From: an uncultured Trueperaceae bacterium | GTDB lineage: Bacteria > Deinococcota > Deinococci > Deinococcales > Trueperaceae | Assembly (NCBI GenBank): GCA_963815215.1 | Contig: CAWFFU010000011.1 | Coordinates: 512,001 to 576,000 of the forward strand | Length of the DNA: 64,000 nucleotides | Direction of reading: 5' to 3' | Shown: positions 36,078-46,400 of the stretch, one piece after another | How the letters are laid out: the number at the start of each line of letters is the position of its first letter | Position numbering within the stretch: position 1 is the stretch's first letter | Translations under genes and position numbers: made by a program | Notes under the pieces: generated by a model | What the model saw: the letters and a program-made list of their open reading frames with translations, nothing else | Told to the model about the DNA's origin: nothing | The model's database searches: none

Positions 36078-37067
36078 TCACCCCCCGACGGGCACGGCAA
36101 CGGGATGGAGCGCGGCCTCGCCACGCAGGCAGCGCGCCACCTCTTCGGCGGCCAGCCTGCGCATGCGCACCTGCGCTTGCTCGGAGTACCAGGCCATGTG
36201 CGGCGTCACCAGCACCGAACGGTGGCTCCGCAGCGCGTCGTCTGCCGCAGGCGGCTCGCCCTCGGTCACGTCCAGGCCCGCGCCCGCCAGCCGGCCGCTG
36301 TCGATAGCGCGAAGCAACGCGGCCTCGTCGATCAGGCCGCCACGACTGACGTTGACCACGAACGCCCCCGCCGGGAGGAGCGCCAGCTCTCGCTCGCCCA
36401 GCAGATGGTGCGTGGCGTCACTCAGGGGCAGGTGCAGGGACACCACCTGAGCGTCCGCCAGCACCTCCTCCAGCGAGCCGCGCAACTCGAGCGCACCGCC
36501 GGTCGGGTCGGAGGTCACGAACGGATCGAAGCCCGTGAGCCGGAACCCCAGTCCCTTCAAGAACTCGGCCGCGCGGCGGCCGATGCGTCCTAGACCGAGC
36601 ACCGCCACGGTGGTCGCCTCGGGGGCCGCGATGGGCCGCACCTCGGCGACCCCCCAGCCGCCCGCACGCACGTGGGCGGCGGCCGTCTCGATCTTGCGTG
36701 TGAGCGCCAGGATCAGCGTCACGGCATGCAACGCCACCTCGTCGGTGCAGTAGTCGAGCACGTTGCATACCGCCACGCCCATCTCGGCTGCGGCCCCGAC
36801 ATCGATGCGGTCGACGCCGATGCCGTAGCGCACCAGCGCCGTCGTGCCACGCATCTCGGCCAGCACCGCACGCGTGAAGCGGGGCGCCGAACCCGCCAGG
36901 ACCGCGGCGGCACCACGGCAACTGTCGATGAGGGCGGCCTCGTCGTCCCCGGGGGCTCGGACCACCTCGACTCCGAGCGGGGCGAGCACGCGTTCCTCGA
37001 TGTCGAGTGGGTCGAATCGTGCGCCGCACACCACGACGCGGCGCGGCCCGGAGGCGGCCTCCGTCAT
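36078..37067 (-). CDS. D-isomer-specific 2-hydroxyacid dehydrogenase (CtBP-like)
   Basis: 'RYGIGVDRID', 'DYCTDEVA', 'GLGRIG', 'VNVSRGGLIDE', 'TPHMAWYS'. Confidence 0.93.
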   Translation of the reverse strand: MTEAASGPRRVVVCGARFDPLDIEERVLAPLGVEVVRAPGDDEAALIDSCRGAAAVLAGSAPRFTRAVLAEMRGTTALVRYGIGVDRIDVGAAAEMGVAVCNVLDYCTDEVALHAVTLILALTRKIETAAAHVRAGGWGVAEVRPIAAPEATTVAVLGLGRIGRRAAEFLKGLGFRLTGFDPFVTSDPTGGALELRGSLEEVLADAQVVSLHLPLSDATHHLLGERELALLPAGAFVVNVSRGGLIDEAALLRAIDSGRLAGAGLDVTEGEPPAADDALRSHRSVLVTPHMAWYSEQAQVRMRRLAAEEVARCLRGEAALHPVAVPVGG

Positions 37068-37137
37068 CGATGGGCGGCCGTGCCGGGCATCCCACGGCGC
37101 GACGGGCGGAAACGGATCAGCATGGGGTGCGACGTCT

Positions 37138-37857
37138 TCATGAAGTTACCTCCGTCTTGCCGTTGGTGGTGGGAAGCGTGAGTTGCGAACCGAGGTGCGC
37201 CAGCAGCGCCGAACCGGCGTTGCGGACGTGCTCGCGCATGGCGGCTTCCGCCGGACCGACGCGTCCGCGCGCCACATGCGCCAGGATGCGGTCGTGCTCG
37301 GCCATGGACGAGGGTAGGCGCCCCTCGACCTCGGCGGAGGTACCGATCAACAGGCGGACTTGCCCCATCAACATCTCCGACATCTTCAGCAGTCGATCGT
37401 TGCCCGATGCCTCCCACACCGTTCGGTGGAAGGCGACATCGAGATCGGCGTAGCGCGCCAGGTCGCCCTGGTCACAACACTCCACCTGCTCCTCGTGGAG
37501 CTCGCGCAGAGCGGTCGCCAGCACCTCGGGGTGCGCCTCGACCGCGAGCCGCATCGCCAGCCCTTCCAGCACCGCGCGCAAAGTGTAGATGTCGACGATG
37601 TCGGCAGGCTCCAGGGTGATGACGTAGTACCCGCGATGCGGCCGAGACTCCACCAGGCCCTCGCGCTCCAACGCGGCGAGAGCCTGGTTGATCGGGGTGG
37701 GCGAGAGCTCGAGCTGCTCGACCAGGTCCCGCATCACCAGCTTGCTCCCGGCGGGCAGGGTCCGCGTAAGGATGCCCTCGCGCAGCGCGTCGTAGGCCTG
37801 GCGCGACAGAACATCGCGCTCTGGAACGTGCAGTTTGCCGATCATCGGCTTCCCCAT
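37138..37857 (-). CDS. GntR family transcriptional regulator (FCD domain)
   Basis: 'AYDALREGI', 'LSPTPINQALAALEREGLV', 'DVAFH', 'EHDRI', 'MREHV'. Confidence 0.95.
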   Translation of the reverse strand: MGKPMIGKLHVPERDVLSRQAYDALREGILTRTLPAGSKLVMRDLVEQLELSPTPINQALAALEREGLVESRPHRGYYVITLEPADIVDIYTLRAVLEGLAMRLAVEAHPEVLATALRELHEEQVECCDQGDLARYADLDVAFHRTVWEASGNDRLLKMSEMLMGQVRLLIGTSAEVEGRLPSSMAEHDRILAHVARGRVGPAEAAMREHVRNAGSALLAHLGSQLTLPTTNGKTEVTS

Positions 37858-37866
37858 GATGAGAAG

Positions 37867-37875
37867 ACTATAGCA
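37867..37875 (-). promoter_or_regulatory. Extended -10 (TGC-TATAGT) of gntR, near-leaderless
   Basis: TATAGT ends 9 nt before ATG 37857; no SD. Confidence 0.55.
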
Positions 37876-37899
37876 GAAAATTGAAAATTGACAATTGTC
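37874..37899. promoter_or_regulatory. Putative GntR operator 2
   Basis: CAGAAAATTGAAAATTGACA (37874-37893), identical to operator 1, extended by the palindrome GACAATTGTC (37890-37899). Confidence 0.7.
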
Positions 37900-37916
37900 C
37901 CGGCGCGACCTAGAAT
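37888..37916 (+). promoter_or_regulatory. Sigma70-type promoter of the NitT/TauT ABC operon
   Basis: TTGACA (37888-37893), 17-nt spacer, TAGAAT (37911-37916). Confidence 0.82.
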
Positions 37917-38063
37917 TGCCGAATCGACAATCCCATGCCTAGCACGCGCACGTGCGCCGCCCATTACCGGGCGCCGTAGCGCCGGGAGGTGGCTCATTCA
38001 AGGGTTCCTCGTTCTTTCCAGGGTTGCACGCAGCACGGGTCGTGCCCGAGCGCGCGTCCGGCC

Positions 38064-38849
38064 GTGACCGTCTCCACCCCAGTGAGGCAGGCCAAGGCCG
38101 CAGCCTCCAACATCTCCAAGTGGTACGGCGACCTCGAGGTGCTCCACGACATCAATCTGGAGATCTACCAGCATGAGTTCCTGTGCCTCCTCGGCCCCAG
38201 CGGCTGCGGCAAGACCACCCTGTTGCGCATCCTCGACGGCCTGATCCAGCCCGACGAGGGCAACGTGACCATCGACGGTGAGGTCATCCACGGCCCCCCG
38301 CGACAGGCTGCCATGGTCTTCCAGCAGTTCGGCCTCTTCCCCTGGAAGACGGTGAGTCAGAACGTGGCCTTCCCGATGGTTCTCGCCGGCGTGCCCAAAG
38401 CGCAGATCGAGGAGAAGGCGCAAGCGGCCATCGATCTCGTCGGCCTGAAGGGGTTCGCGGATTCCTTCCCCGACAACCTCTCGGGCGGCATGAGGCAACG
38501 CGTCGGCATCGCCCGCGCGCTCGCGGTAGGCCCGGAAGTCCTGCTCATGGACGAGCCCTTCGCTTCCGTCGACGCCTACACGCGCGAGCTGCTCCAGGGG
38601 GAGCTGTTGTCGATCTGGGAGCGCTTCCGGCAGACGGTCGTGTTCGTCACGCACAGCATCGACGAGGCCATCACGTTGGCCGATCGCATCGTGGTCATGA
38701 AGGCCAGGCCGGGCGAGGTGTACCACGTCTTCGACGTGCCCATCGACCGCCCGCGTACGGTCAACAGCGTGCGCCAGCACCCAGCCTACGAGCCGCTGCG
38801 CGAGACCATCTGGAACGACATGCTCAAGGGCAGCGGGAGGGTCGAGTGA
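38064..38849 (+). CDS. NitT/TauT (SsuB/TauB-like) ABC ATP-binding protein
   Basis: 'GPSGCGKTT', 'VFQQFGLFPWKTV', 'LSGGMRQRV', 'VTHSIDEA'. Start uncertain (37989 or 38064). Confidence 0.93.
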   Translation: MTVSTPVRQAKAAASNISKWYGDLEVLHDINLEIYQHEFLCLLGPSGCGKTTLLRILDGLIQPDEGNVTIDGEVIHGPPRQAAMVFQQFGLFPWKTVSQNVAFPMVLAGVPKAQIEEKAQAAIDLVGLKGFADSFPDNLSGGMRQRVGIARALAVGPEVLLMDEPFASVDAYTRELLQGELLSIWERFRQTVVFVTHSIDEAITLADRIVVMKARPGEVYHVFDVPIDRPRTVNSVRQHPAYEPLRETIWNDMLKGSGRVE

Positions 38850-39691
38850 TGGACGTAGGACACCGCCGTGCCGACGAGCGCACCGCGTTGCGCGAGCGCG
38901 TCAAGGAACGCCGGCGCCAGACCGAACGCCGCAAGCGGAACCGCTACCTCCTCATCCGCGCGCTGTCGTTCGTAGTGGTGCTCGGTGCCTGGCAGATCTA
39001 CGGCAACAACAGCCTCGAGATCATCTTCACGCCCTTCACCACGGTCGTCGCCCATCTCTTCGAGCTGCTCGTCTCGGGACCGCTGGCCGGCGCCATCGCC
39101 TACAGCCTGTCGATGTTCTTCGGCGGCCTGGTGATCGGCAGCATCATCGGCGTCACGTTGGGCGTGGCAATGGGCCGCTTCGCGATGTTCGAGGCCGCCC
39201 TCGGCATGTACGTCTACGCCATCTACTCCACCCCTCTGGTGGCGTTGATCCCGCTGATCTCGCTGTGGTTCGGCTTCGGCGTGCAGGCTCAGCTCATCAT
39301 CATCTCGATGTTCGTGTTGTTCCCCATCACCATCGCCGTCTACAACGGCGTGCGTAGCGTGGACCCCTCCCTGATCGAGGTCGCCCGCTCGTTCCGCGCC
39401 AACGAGATGGCGATGTGGCGCCACGTCATCATCCCCAGCGTCGTCCCCTACATCGTCACCGGCCTCAGTCAGGGGGTGGCCATGGGCCTGGTGGGCATGT
39501 TCATCTCCGAGATCTACACCGCGCTGTCGGGCATGGGGCAGATCCTGGCCTTCTCGGCCAACGCCTACAAGACGGCCGACATGCTGGCCGTGCTCCTGAC
39601 GGTGATGATCCTGGGGGTCACCTTCCGGACCGTCATCGAGGAGCTCCGCAAGCGTCTTGCGCCCTGGTTCAACAAGGAGTCCGGGCGTTGA
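38849..39691 (+). CDS. NitT/TauT (SsuC/TauC-like) ABC permease
   Basis: 'PLVALIPLISLWFG', 'GVRSVDPSLIEVARSF'. Confidence 0.92.
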   Translation: MDVGHRRADERTALRERVKERRRQTERRKRNRYLLIRALSFVVVLGAWQIYGNNSLEIIFTPFTTVVAHLFELLVSGPLAGAIAYSLSMFFGGLVIGSIIGVTLGVAMGRFAMFEAALGMYVYAIYSTPLVALIPLISLWFGFGVQAQLIIISMFVLFPITIAVYNGVRSVDPSLIEVARSFRANEMAMWRHVIIPSVVPYIVTGLSQGVAMGLVGMFISEIYTALSGMGQILAFSANAYKTADMLAVLLTVMILGVTFRTVIEELRKRLAPWFNKESGR

Positions 39692-39776
39692 GCCCGACCC
39701 CTCGGGGCAGACGAACCGATCGGTGTCACCGGGACGGACCGTGTCCGCTCCCGTGCACAGCAAAGGGAGGCAGCAG

Positions 39777-40853
39777 ATGAGCAGGTCGATCAACGGATGG
39801 TTCACGAGCAGGCCGCTGGCAGCGGTCGCGGCGGCCCTGGTCGTCGCAGCGCTGCTGGCCGGCACAGCCAGTGCTCAAGGCTCGAACGACTGGCCCAATG
39901 TCACCGCTTCCACCGCCTGGGGGACCATCGGCGCCACGGTAGCCGTGTCGCCTCCCAAGGCCGTGTTCCTGGTGCCCTTCATCGCGCAGGCCGAAGGCTT
40001 CTTCGATCGTGAGCACCTTCACGTCAAGCTGGTCCCCGAGACCAGCGGCGTTCCGGCGTTCCTGAGCACGGTGGCGGGCTCGACCAAGTTCTCGTTCACG
40101 TCGGCCACCGACCCGATCATCGCGGCCTCGCACGGCCAAGCGGCCCACGTGATCTGGTCGTACGGGCTGAAGCTCGACACCGTGTGCATCGGTGGTGACG
40201 GCATCAAGACCGCCAAGGATCTGGTCGGCAAGAACGTCGGCGTCACGGACACCGGCGGTTTCGCACAGACGTTGCTGCAGGCCTGCCTGGCGCCCGCCGG
40301 CGTGTCGCTCGACAGCGTCCACATGATCCACATGCAGCGCTCCGGCTTCGTGCCGGCGATGGTCAGTCACCGCATCTCCGCCGCCGTTTTCCACGCCGAC
40401 GGCGCCTACGTGGTGCTGCAGAAGGACCCCGGTGTGACGGCGCTGGCCTACGAGTACGAGGCCATCCCCGACTGGTGGTACGGCGCGCTGGCCGCCAACG
40501 ACGCCTACGTCAAGGCCAATCCCGGTGAGGTCAAGCGCTTCCTTCGGGCGCTGGTGCTCGCCAGCCGCTGGATGTACGACCCGGCCAACAAGGCCAAGGT
40601 CATCGCCGACGGCGCCAAGGCCAGCGGTGAAGACCCCGCCGCCATCGAGTACGCCTACAACCTGATGATCAAGGGCCACATCTGGCCGTTGAACGCCGGT
40701 CTGCCGACGCAGCAGTCGTACATGTACACGGCCCAGAAGCTCAAGGACTTCGGCGAGATCGACACCATCCCCAGCTACGAACAGACGATCGACGCTTCGT
40801 ACGTCGACGCCGTCCTGCAGAATGTCGGGAAGGTCGACCCCTCCAAGTACTGA
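39777..40853 (+). CDS. NitT/TauT (SsuA/NMT1-like) substrate-binding protein
   Basis: SD GGGAGG; signal peptide; 'IAQAEGFF', 'DLVGKNVGV', 'VKRFLRAL'. Confidence 0.88.
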   Translation: MSRSINGWFTSRPLAAVAAALVVAALLAGTASAQGSNDWPNVTASTAWGTIGATVAVSPPKAVFLVPFIAQAEGFFDREHLHVKLVPETSGVPAFLSTVAGSTKFSFTSATDPIIAASHGQAAHVIWSYGLKLDTVCIGGDGIKTAKDLVGKNVGVTDTGGFAQTLLQACLAPAGVSLDSVHMIHMQRSGFVPAMVSHRISAAVFHADGAYVVLQKDPGVTALAYEYEAIPDWWYGALAANDAYVKANPGEVKRFLRALVLASRWMYDPANKAKVIADGAKASGEDPAAIEYAYNLMIKGHIWPLNAGLPTQQSYMYTAQKLKDFGEIDTIPSYEQTIDASYVDAVLQNVGKVDPSKY

Positions 40854-40859
40854 GCCGTT

Positions 40860-40886
40860 CGCTGGGACGCGCCTGGCTTCTCAGCG
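40860..40886 (+). terminator. Possible hairpin after the ABC operon
   Basis: CGCTGGGA...TCTCAGCG 8-bp stem with one G-U pair; weak U-tract. Confidence 0.3.
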
Positions 40887-41016
40887 TTCGAGACGTCGCC
40901 GGCCGCTACCGCCCACCCGGGCGGAGCGGCCGGCGTCCTCATGGTGATACTGCGGCGCCTCGCGAGGCTGCTGTAGGCTAGGGCCCCGACCCATGTGGGC
41001 GGAGGAGGAGGCCCTC

Positions 41017-41799
41017 GTGCCACGCATCGACGGAAGGCCCACCCAAGGCACCCCCTGCTGGACCGACCTGATGTCGCCCAACGTGGAGGTGGCCGCCGGC
41101 TTCTACCGGGGCTTGTTCGGTTGGGAATACGACGCAAGCGGACCGGAGTACGGCTTCTACCACATGGCGCGAGTGGACACCCGTGCTGCCGCTGGCATCG
41201 GGCAGATCCCCGAGGGCGCCGGCCTCCCATCCGCCTGGACCGTGTACTTCGCCGCCGACGATGTCCATGCCATGGCCGAGCGTGCTGGAGCGCTCGGCGG
41301 CACCATCATGATGCCGCCGATGGAGGTGCCGGGTCAGGGATGGATGGCCGTGATCCTGGACCCCGTCGGGGCGACCTTCGGGCTCTGGCAGGGGACCGGA
41401 CACCTGGGGGCCGGCATCAAGGAGGTGCACGGCGCGACGACGTGGCGTGACCTACACACCGCCGACGTCGAAGGCGCCCACGACTTCTATGCCGAGCTGC
41501 TCGGGGTCGAGGCACAGCTGTTCGACGGCGGGAGTACCCGCTACTACACCCTCGTCAAGGACGGCAAGAACATCGCCGGAATCGCCCAGACGCCCCCACA
41601 GGGGGCGGCCGCGCCGTCGCGCTGGTTGACCTACTTCGAAGTGGCCGACCTCGACAGGATCCTTCGGGACGCTGTCGAGGGCGGGGGCACGGTCCTGGAG
41701 CCTCCTTCCGACACCCCCTTCGGGCGCATGGCGGTTCTGGCCGATCCGTTCGGGGCCGTCTTCTGCGTCCACTGGAGCAGGCAGCCTGCGTCGGAGTGA
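41017..41799 (+). CDS. Two-domain VOC/glyoxalase protein (CFP32-like)
   Basis: 'GTPCWTDL', 'FYRGLFGW', 'WTVYF', 'DPVGATFGLWQ', 'GRMAVLADPFGA'. Confidence 0.92.
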   Translation: MPRIDGRPTQGTPCWTDLMSPNVEVAAGFYRGLFGWEYDASGPEYGFYHMARVDTRAAAGIGQIPEGAGLPSAWTVYFAADDVHAMAERAGALGGTIMMPPMEVPGQGWMAVILDPVGATFGLWQGTGHLGAGIKEVHGATTWRDLHTADVEGAHDFYAELLGVEAQLFDGGSTRYYTLVKDGKNIAGIAQTPPQGAAAPSRWLTYFEVADLDRILRDAVEGGGTVLEPPSDTPFGRMAVLADPFGAVFCVHWSRQPASE

Positions 41800-41925
41800 A
41801 CGCTGAAGCTACCACGGGGGTCGAGGACCTCCGCGTCGGAGCGACCGCGCTGTCGTAAGGCGTCGCCCCCGGCAACTGTCGTCCCGGCATGCGTCCGGCC
41901 GGAAGGACCTCTCTAGACTGGGCCC

Positions 41926-42312
41926 ATGCTCGATCCAGGAGAACGGGGCGCTGTGGCACGCGCCTGTATCGCCAACATCGACGCTCCCGAGCGGCAGCGG
42001 CGGCTGGTCTTCGGGGTGGCGGCGCTGGCGGTTGGGGCGGCCGCGTTCGCCCTTCTGCTGGCGACCGGCACCGCGCGCGGATGGCGGTTGGCGCTCCTGC
42101 TGGCGTTCTACCCCGGCGCACTCGGCGTCTTCCAGTGGCGTGACCACACCTGCGTGGCGCTGGCCGCCCGTGGCCGGCGCAAGCTCGGCGGGGGCGCCGA
42201 AGCCATCGCGGACGCCGCGGAGCTCGCGGCCGTGAGGGCGCAGGCGAGCGGCGTGCAGCGCAAGGCCATCGCCGCGGCCGTTGCGCTGGCCTTGATCGCT
42301 CTGATGGTGTAG
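41926..42312 (+). CDS. Small hypothetical membrane protein (CxxNI...ERxRR...QxRxxTCV)
   Basis: Three hydrophobic segments; -10 TAGACT ends 6 nt before ATG. Confidence 0.7.
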   Translation: MLDPGERGAVARACIANIDAPERQRRLVFGVAALAVGAAAFALLLATGTARGWRLALLLAFYPGALGVFQWRDHTCVALAARGRRKLGGGAEAIADAAELAAVRAQASGVQRKAIAAAVALALIALMV

Positions 42313-42501
42313 TAGCCGACCTGCCGGCACGTCCGGCGATGTGCGACCAAGCCCGCCGGCGCGCCACCGACGCAGTAGCATGAAGTGAACGCTCCCCCTC
42401 GCTCGGCGTGGCTCTTCTTCTCACGTTCTTCCGACAACGTCCGCCTCCACGGCCCCAGGCGAACGCGGAGCATGGGCGATCTGGCGCGACGGAGGAGCAC
42501 C

Positions 42502-43470
42502 ATGTTCGAGCACATCCTGGTCCCCCTGGACGAGTCGCCCGCTGCCGAGTGCGTGCTTCCCCATGTGACGGCGATCGCTCAACTCACGGGCGCACGCATC
42601 ACGCTGATGCGCGTGCTCGAGGGTCCGATGACGGCGGGGAACGTGCAACCGACCGATCCGGTGGCATGGCAGCTGCACCACGACGCCGCAGCCTCCTACC
42701 TGACCGACATCGCCAGGCGCCTGGAAGCACGCGGCCTCTCCGTGGAAGCCCGCATCTTCGAGGGAGATCCGGCCACCACCATCATCGATCACGTTCGCGA
42801 TGACCGTGTGGACCTCGTCGCCCTCGCCAGCCACGGCCGAACCGGCGTCACCGGGGCCGAGCTCGGTGCGGTCGCCCTCAAGACGATCCTGGGGGTCCAC
42901 GTTCCCCTGCTGCTGGTCCGAGCGTTCGGTGCGGGGCCGCGAGGCGCCGACGGTGCCCACTACCGGAAGGTGCTCGTCTTGCTCGACGGCTCGCGCCGGG
43001 CCGAGTGCTCGCTGCCCGTCGTCCATCGCATCGCCGACGAGCACGGAGCGGCGCTGCTCCTGGGTCATGTGGTACGGGCGCCCGAGGTGCCCCATCGACT
43101 GCCGCTCAGCCAGGACGAACAGGCGATCGTCGATGGTCTCGGAGCTCTCGCTCGCCGCCATGCCACGGCCTACCTCGACGCGCTGGGCAAGGATCTCGCG
43201 GGCGCCGGCCGGAGCGTCAGCGTTCACGTGCTGAGCGGCGACGACCCGGTCACCGAGCTCGAGGCGTTCGCCGAACGCGAAGACGTCGATCTGATCCTGA
43301 TGAGCGCCCACGGCGCCACCGGCACGACGAGGCGGCCGTTCGGGGCGATCGCGGAGGAGCTCGTGTTGTACGGAAGCCGGACGATCCTGATCGTGCAGGA
43401 TCGCTCGCGCGATGAGATCGAGGCCAGTCCGGCGCGCGCGGCCGCCCGTCAGCACACCGGCCACTCGTGA
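42502..43470 (+). CDS. Tandem-domain universal stress protein
   Basis: SD GGAGGAG; 'FEHILVPLDES', 'ASHGRTG', 'YRKVLVLLDGS', 'MSAHGATG'. Confidence 0.92.
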   Translation: MFEHILVPLDESPAAECVLPHVTAIAQLTGARITLMRVLEGPMTAGNVQPTDPVAWQLHHDAAASYLTDIARRLEARGLSVEARIFEGDPATTIIDHVRDDRVDLVALASHGRTGVTGAELGAVALKTILGVHVPLLLVRAFGAGPRGADGAHYRKVLVLLDGSRRAECSLPVVHRIADEHGAALLLGHVVRAPEVPHRLPLSQDEQAIVDGLGALARRHATAYLDALGKDLAGAGRSVSVHVLSGDDPVTELEAFAEREDVDLILMSAHGATGTTRRPFGAIAEELVLYGSRTILIVQDRSRDEIEASPARAAARQHTGHS

Positions 43471-46400
43471 TCGATTACACCGCTGCTCCACCTATCGACG
43501 ACGAGACCCTCGAGCAGCACGCCGAGGCCCTCGCGGCGATGCACGAGGCGGCGCCCTGTCGCGGGTCGCCGCGCCACCTGCGCCGCCGCATCGAAGCCGT
43601 CCGAGAGCGGGTTCGCTCGCTGTACAAACGCCTACCGAGCGATGAACAGCGGATCACCAGCGGCCAGCGCTGGTTGCTGGACAACGACTATCTCGTGCTC
43701 CGCACCCTGAGGCAGGCCGGCGAAGACGTGTCCGATGCCTTCCTCCGGGTCCTGCCGTGCGTCAGGCGCGGCGCCGAGACGAACCTTCGCGTCGCCGAAC
43801 TGATCGAGGCGTTCATGGACCGGCTTGGCGGGCGCATCGAGATCTCGGTCCTCCAACGGTTCGTCGATGCCTACCAGCGCATCGTCCCTCTCACGCTCGC
43901 CGAGCTGTGGGCCCTGCCCGCCCTGCTGCGCGTGACCTCGCTCGAGCGCCTCGTCGAAGCGGCCGACCGGGAGTTGCTCTCGCAACACGAGATCGCCGGC
44001 GAGGAGGGCTCGATCGCCGATCTCGTGCAGGGGCTCCACGAGATCGAACAGCAGGATTGGACGGTCTTCGTCGAATCGCTGAGCGTGATCGAACGCCGCC
44101 TCCGCGGCGATCCCGCCGGCATCTACGCACATATGGATCTCGCGACGCGCGATGCCTACCGCCGCGTCGTCGAGGTCATCGCGCGCCGAGGGGGACATCC
44201 CGAAGCCGACGTCGCGCAGGAAGCCGTGCGCCTCGCAGGCGAGACGGCCAACACCCACCACGTGGGCACCGTACTTTTCGGACGGGAACGCCGCCGGCTC
44301 GAGGGGCGTCTCGGCGTCCGCGCGGGGCTCGGGCGGCTCCTGCGCAGCTGGCTCCGCCGCATTCGGGCGCCCATCTACCTCGCCACGATCGGCGCGCTCA
44401 CCGCGGGTTTCCTTGCCGGCACCGCGCTCCTGGCGGCGTCGTACGGGGCGCGGGCGTCGCTTCCGTGGCTTCTGGCCGCCTTCCTCGCCCCGGCGACCGT
44501 TGCAGCGGAGACGCTGGTGCACTTCGTGATCATGCGCCTGCTCCCGCCCAGGACGCTCCCGAAACTGGACTTCTCCGACGGCGTGCCCGACACCGCCCGG
44601 ACTCTCGTGGCGATCCCCACGCTGGTCTCCTCGGAGAGCGACGTTCCGTGGCTCTTCGCGCAGCTCGAACGGCACGCCGTCGGCAACCGCGATCCCAACA
44701 TCGGCTTCGCAGTCCTGACGGATCTCGCCGACGCGCCGGAGCGCGTCATGCCGGACGACGCCGCGCTGCTCGCCTCGCTCGAGACGCACCTGGAGGCCCT
44801 CCGCGCACGCCACCCCGCCATGCGCTTCTACCTCATGCATCGTGACCGGCGCTGGAACCCGTCCGAAGGGTGCTGGATGGGGTGGGAACGCAAGCGCGGG
44901 AAGCTGGCGGAGCTGAACGCCTGGCTCGAGCGCGGGGAGCGCGGCAGCTTCGTGCTCCCGGAGAGCGTTCCCGGCGGCCCGACAGATTACGCGTTCGTCG
45001 TCACGCTCGACACCGACACGGTGTTGCCGCCGGGCGCCGCCGCCCGCCTCGCCGGAACGTTGGCCCACCCTCTGGTACGGCCCCGCTTCAGGGACGACGG
45101 TTCGCTGGCGCAGGGCTACACGGTCCTGCAACCGCGCGTCGACATCCTTCCCACGGATGGGCCGCAGAGCCCGTTCAACAGCGTGTTCGGCGGCAGTTCC
45201 GGGGTCGACCTGTACGCCCGCGCCGTCTCGGATCCGTACATGGACCTGTTCGGAGAGGGCATCTTCGTCGGGAAGGGCATCTACGACGTTGCCGCGGTCG
45301 CCCGCGTCACCCGCGGCAAGGTGCCCGACAACAGCATCCTGAGTCACGACCTGTTCGAGGGGGGCTTGGGCCGGGCCGCCCTCGTGAGCGACGTGATCGT
45401 ACTTGAGAATTATCCGGCCACCTACCTCGCCTACGCGCGCCGGCTCCACCGGTGGGTGCGGGGTGACTGGCAACTGCTGCCGTGGTTGGGGCGCAAGGCC
45501 CCGGTGCCCGGCGGCGGCCGCGACGCCAACCCCCTGACACGGCTGACGCGCTGGTTGATCCTCCAGAACCTCATCCGCAGCCTGTCGCCACCCTCGCTGG
45601 CCGTGTCACTCGCTCTAGTGTGGACCGTCGTCCCAGGCCCGGCGTGGGCATGGACGCTGCTCGTTCTGGGCGTGTCCGCGATCCCCTTCCTGCTGGGTCG
45701 CCTCACGCGGTTGACGCGCTCGCTCCGACGGAAGGACCGGGGCGCATCGACCTGGCCGGCCGAAGCGCGCCGCTGGCTCGCCGACCTCGCCTTCCTTCCG
45801 GCCACCGCCGCCGTCTCCGTCTCGGCGATCGGCCTCACGCTGTGGCGCCTGATCGTGTCGCGACGGCACCTGCTGTCGTGGCACGACGCGGCCCGTACCG
45901 CCCGGGAGGTGCGATCGCACGACGGACCCGTGTCGACCTGGCGCGAGATGGCCCTCGCGCCGCTGGCGGCTGTTGCCCTCGCAGCCATCGTGGCCTGGAG
46001 CCGATCCGACGCGCTGCCGGTCGCGCTGCCGCTCCTCCTGGCCTGGCTCGCGTCCCCGGCCCTCGCCTATCGATCGGGGCGCTCCGTCGAACACGTGGAT
46101 CCACCCTTGCGAAGCCAGCAGAAGCGCTGGCTGACGACCATCGCACGGCGTACCTGGTTCTACTTCGAGCGGTTCGTGGGTCCCGGCGACCACTGGCTGC
46201 CCCCCGACCACTTCCAGGAAGAGCCACGCGGCGTGATCGCGCACCGCACCTCGCCGACCAACATCGGGCTGTTGTTGACGTCGACGCTGGCGGCGAACGA
46301 TCTGGGCTTCCTCGACGCCCGCACGGCCCTGCAACGGATCGGCAACACCTTCGCGACCCTCGCAACGCTCGAACGGTCGCGCGGCCACCTGCTCAACTGG

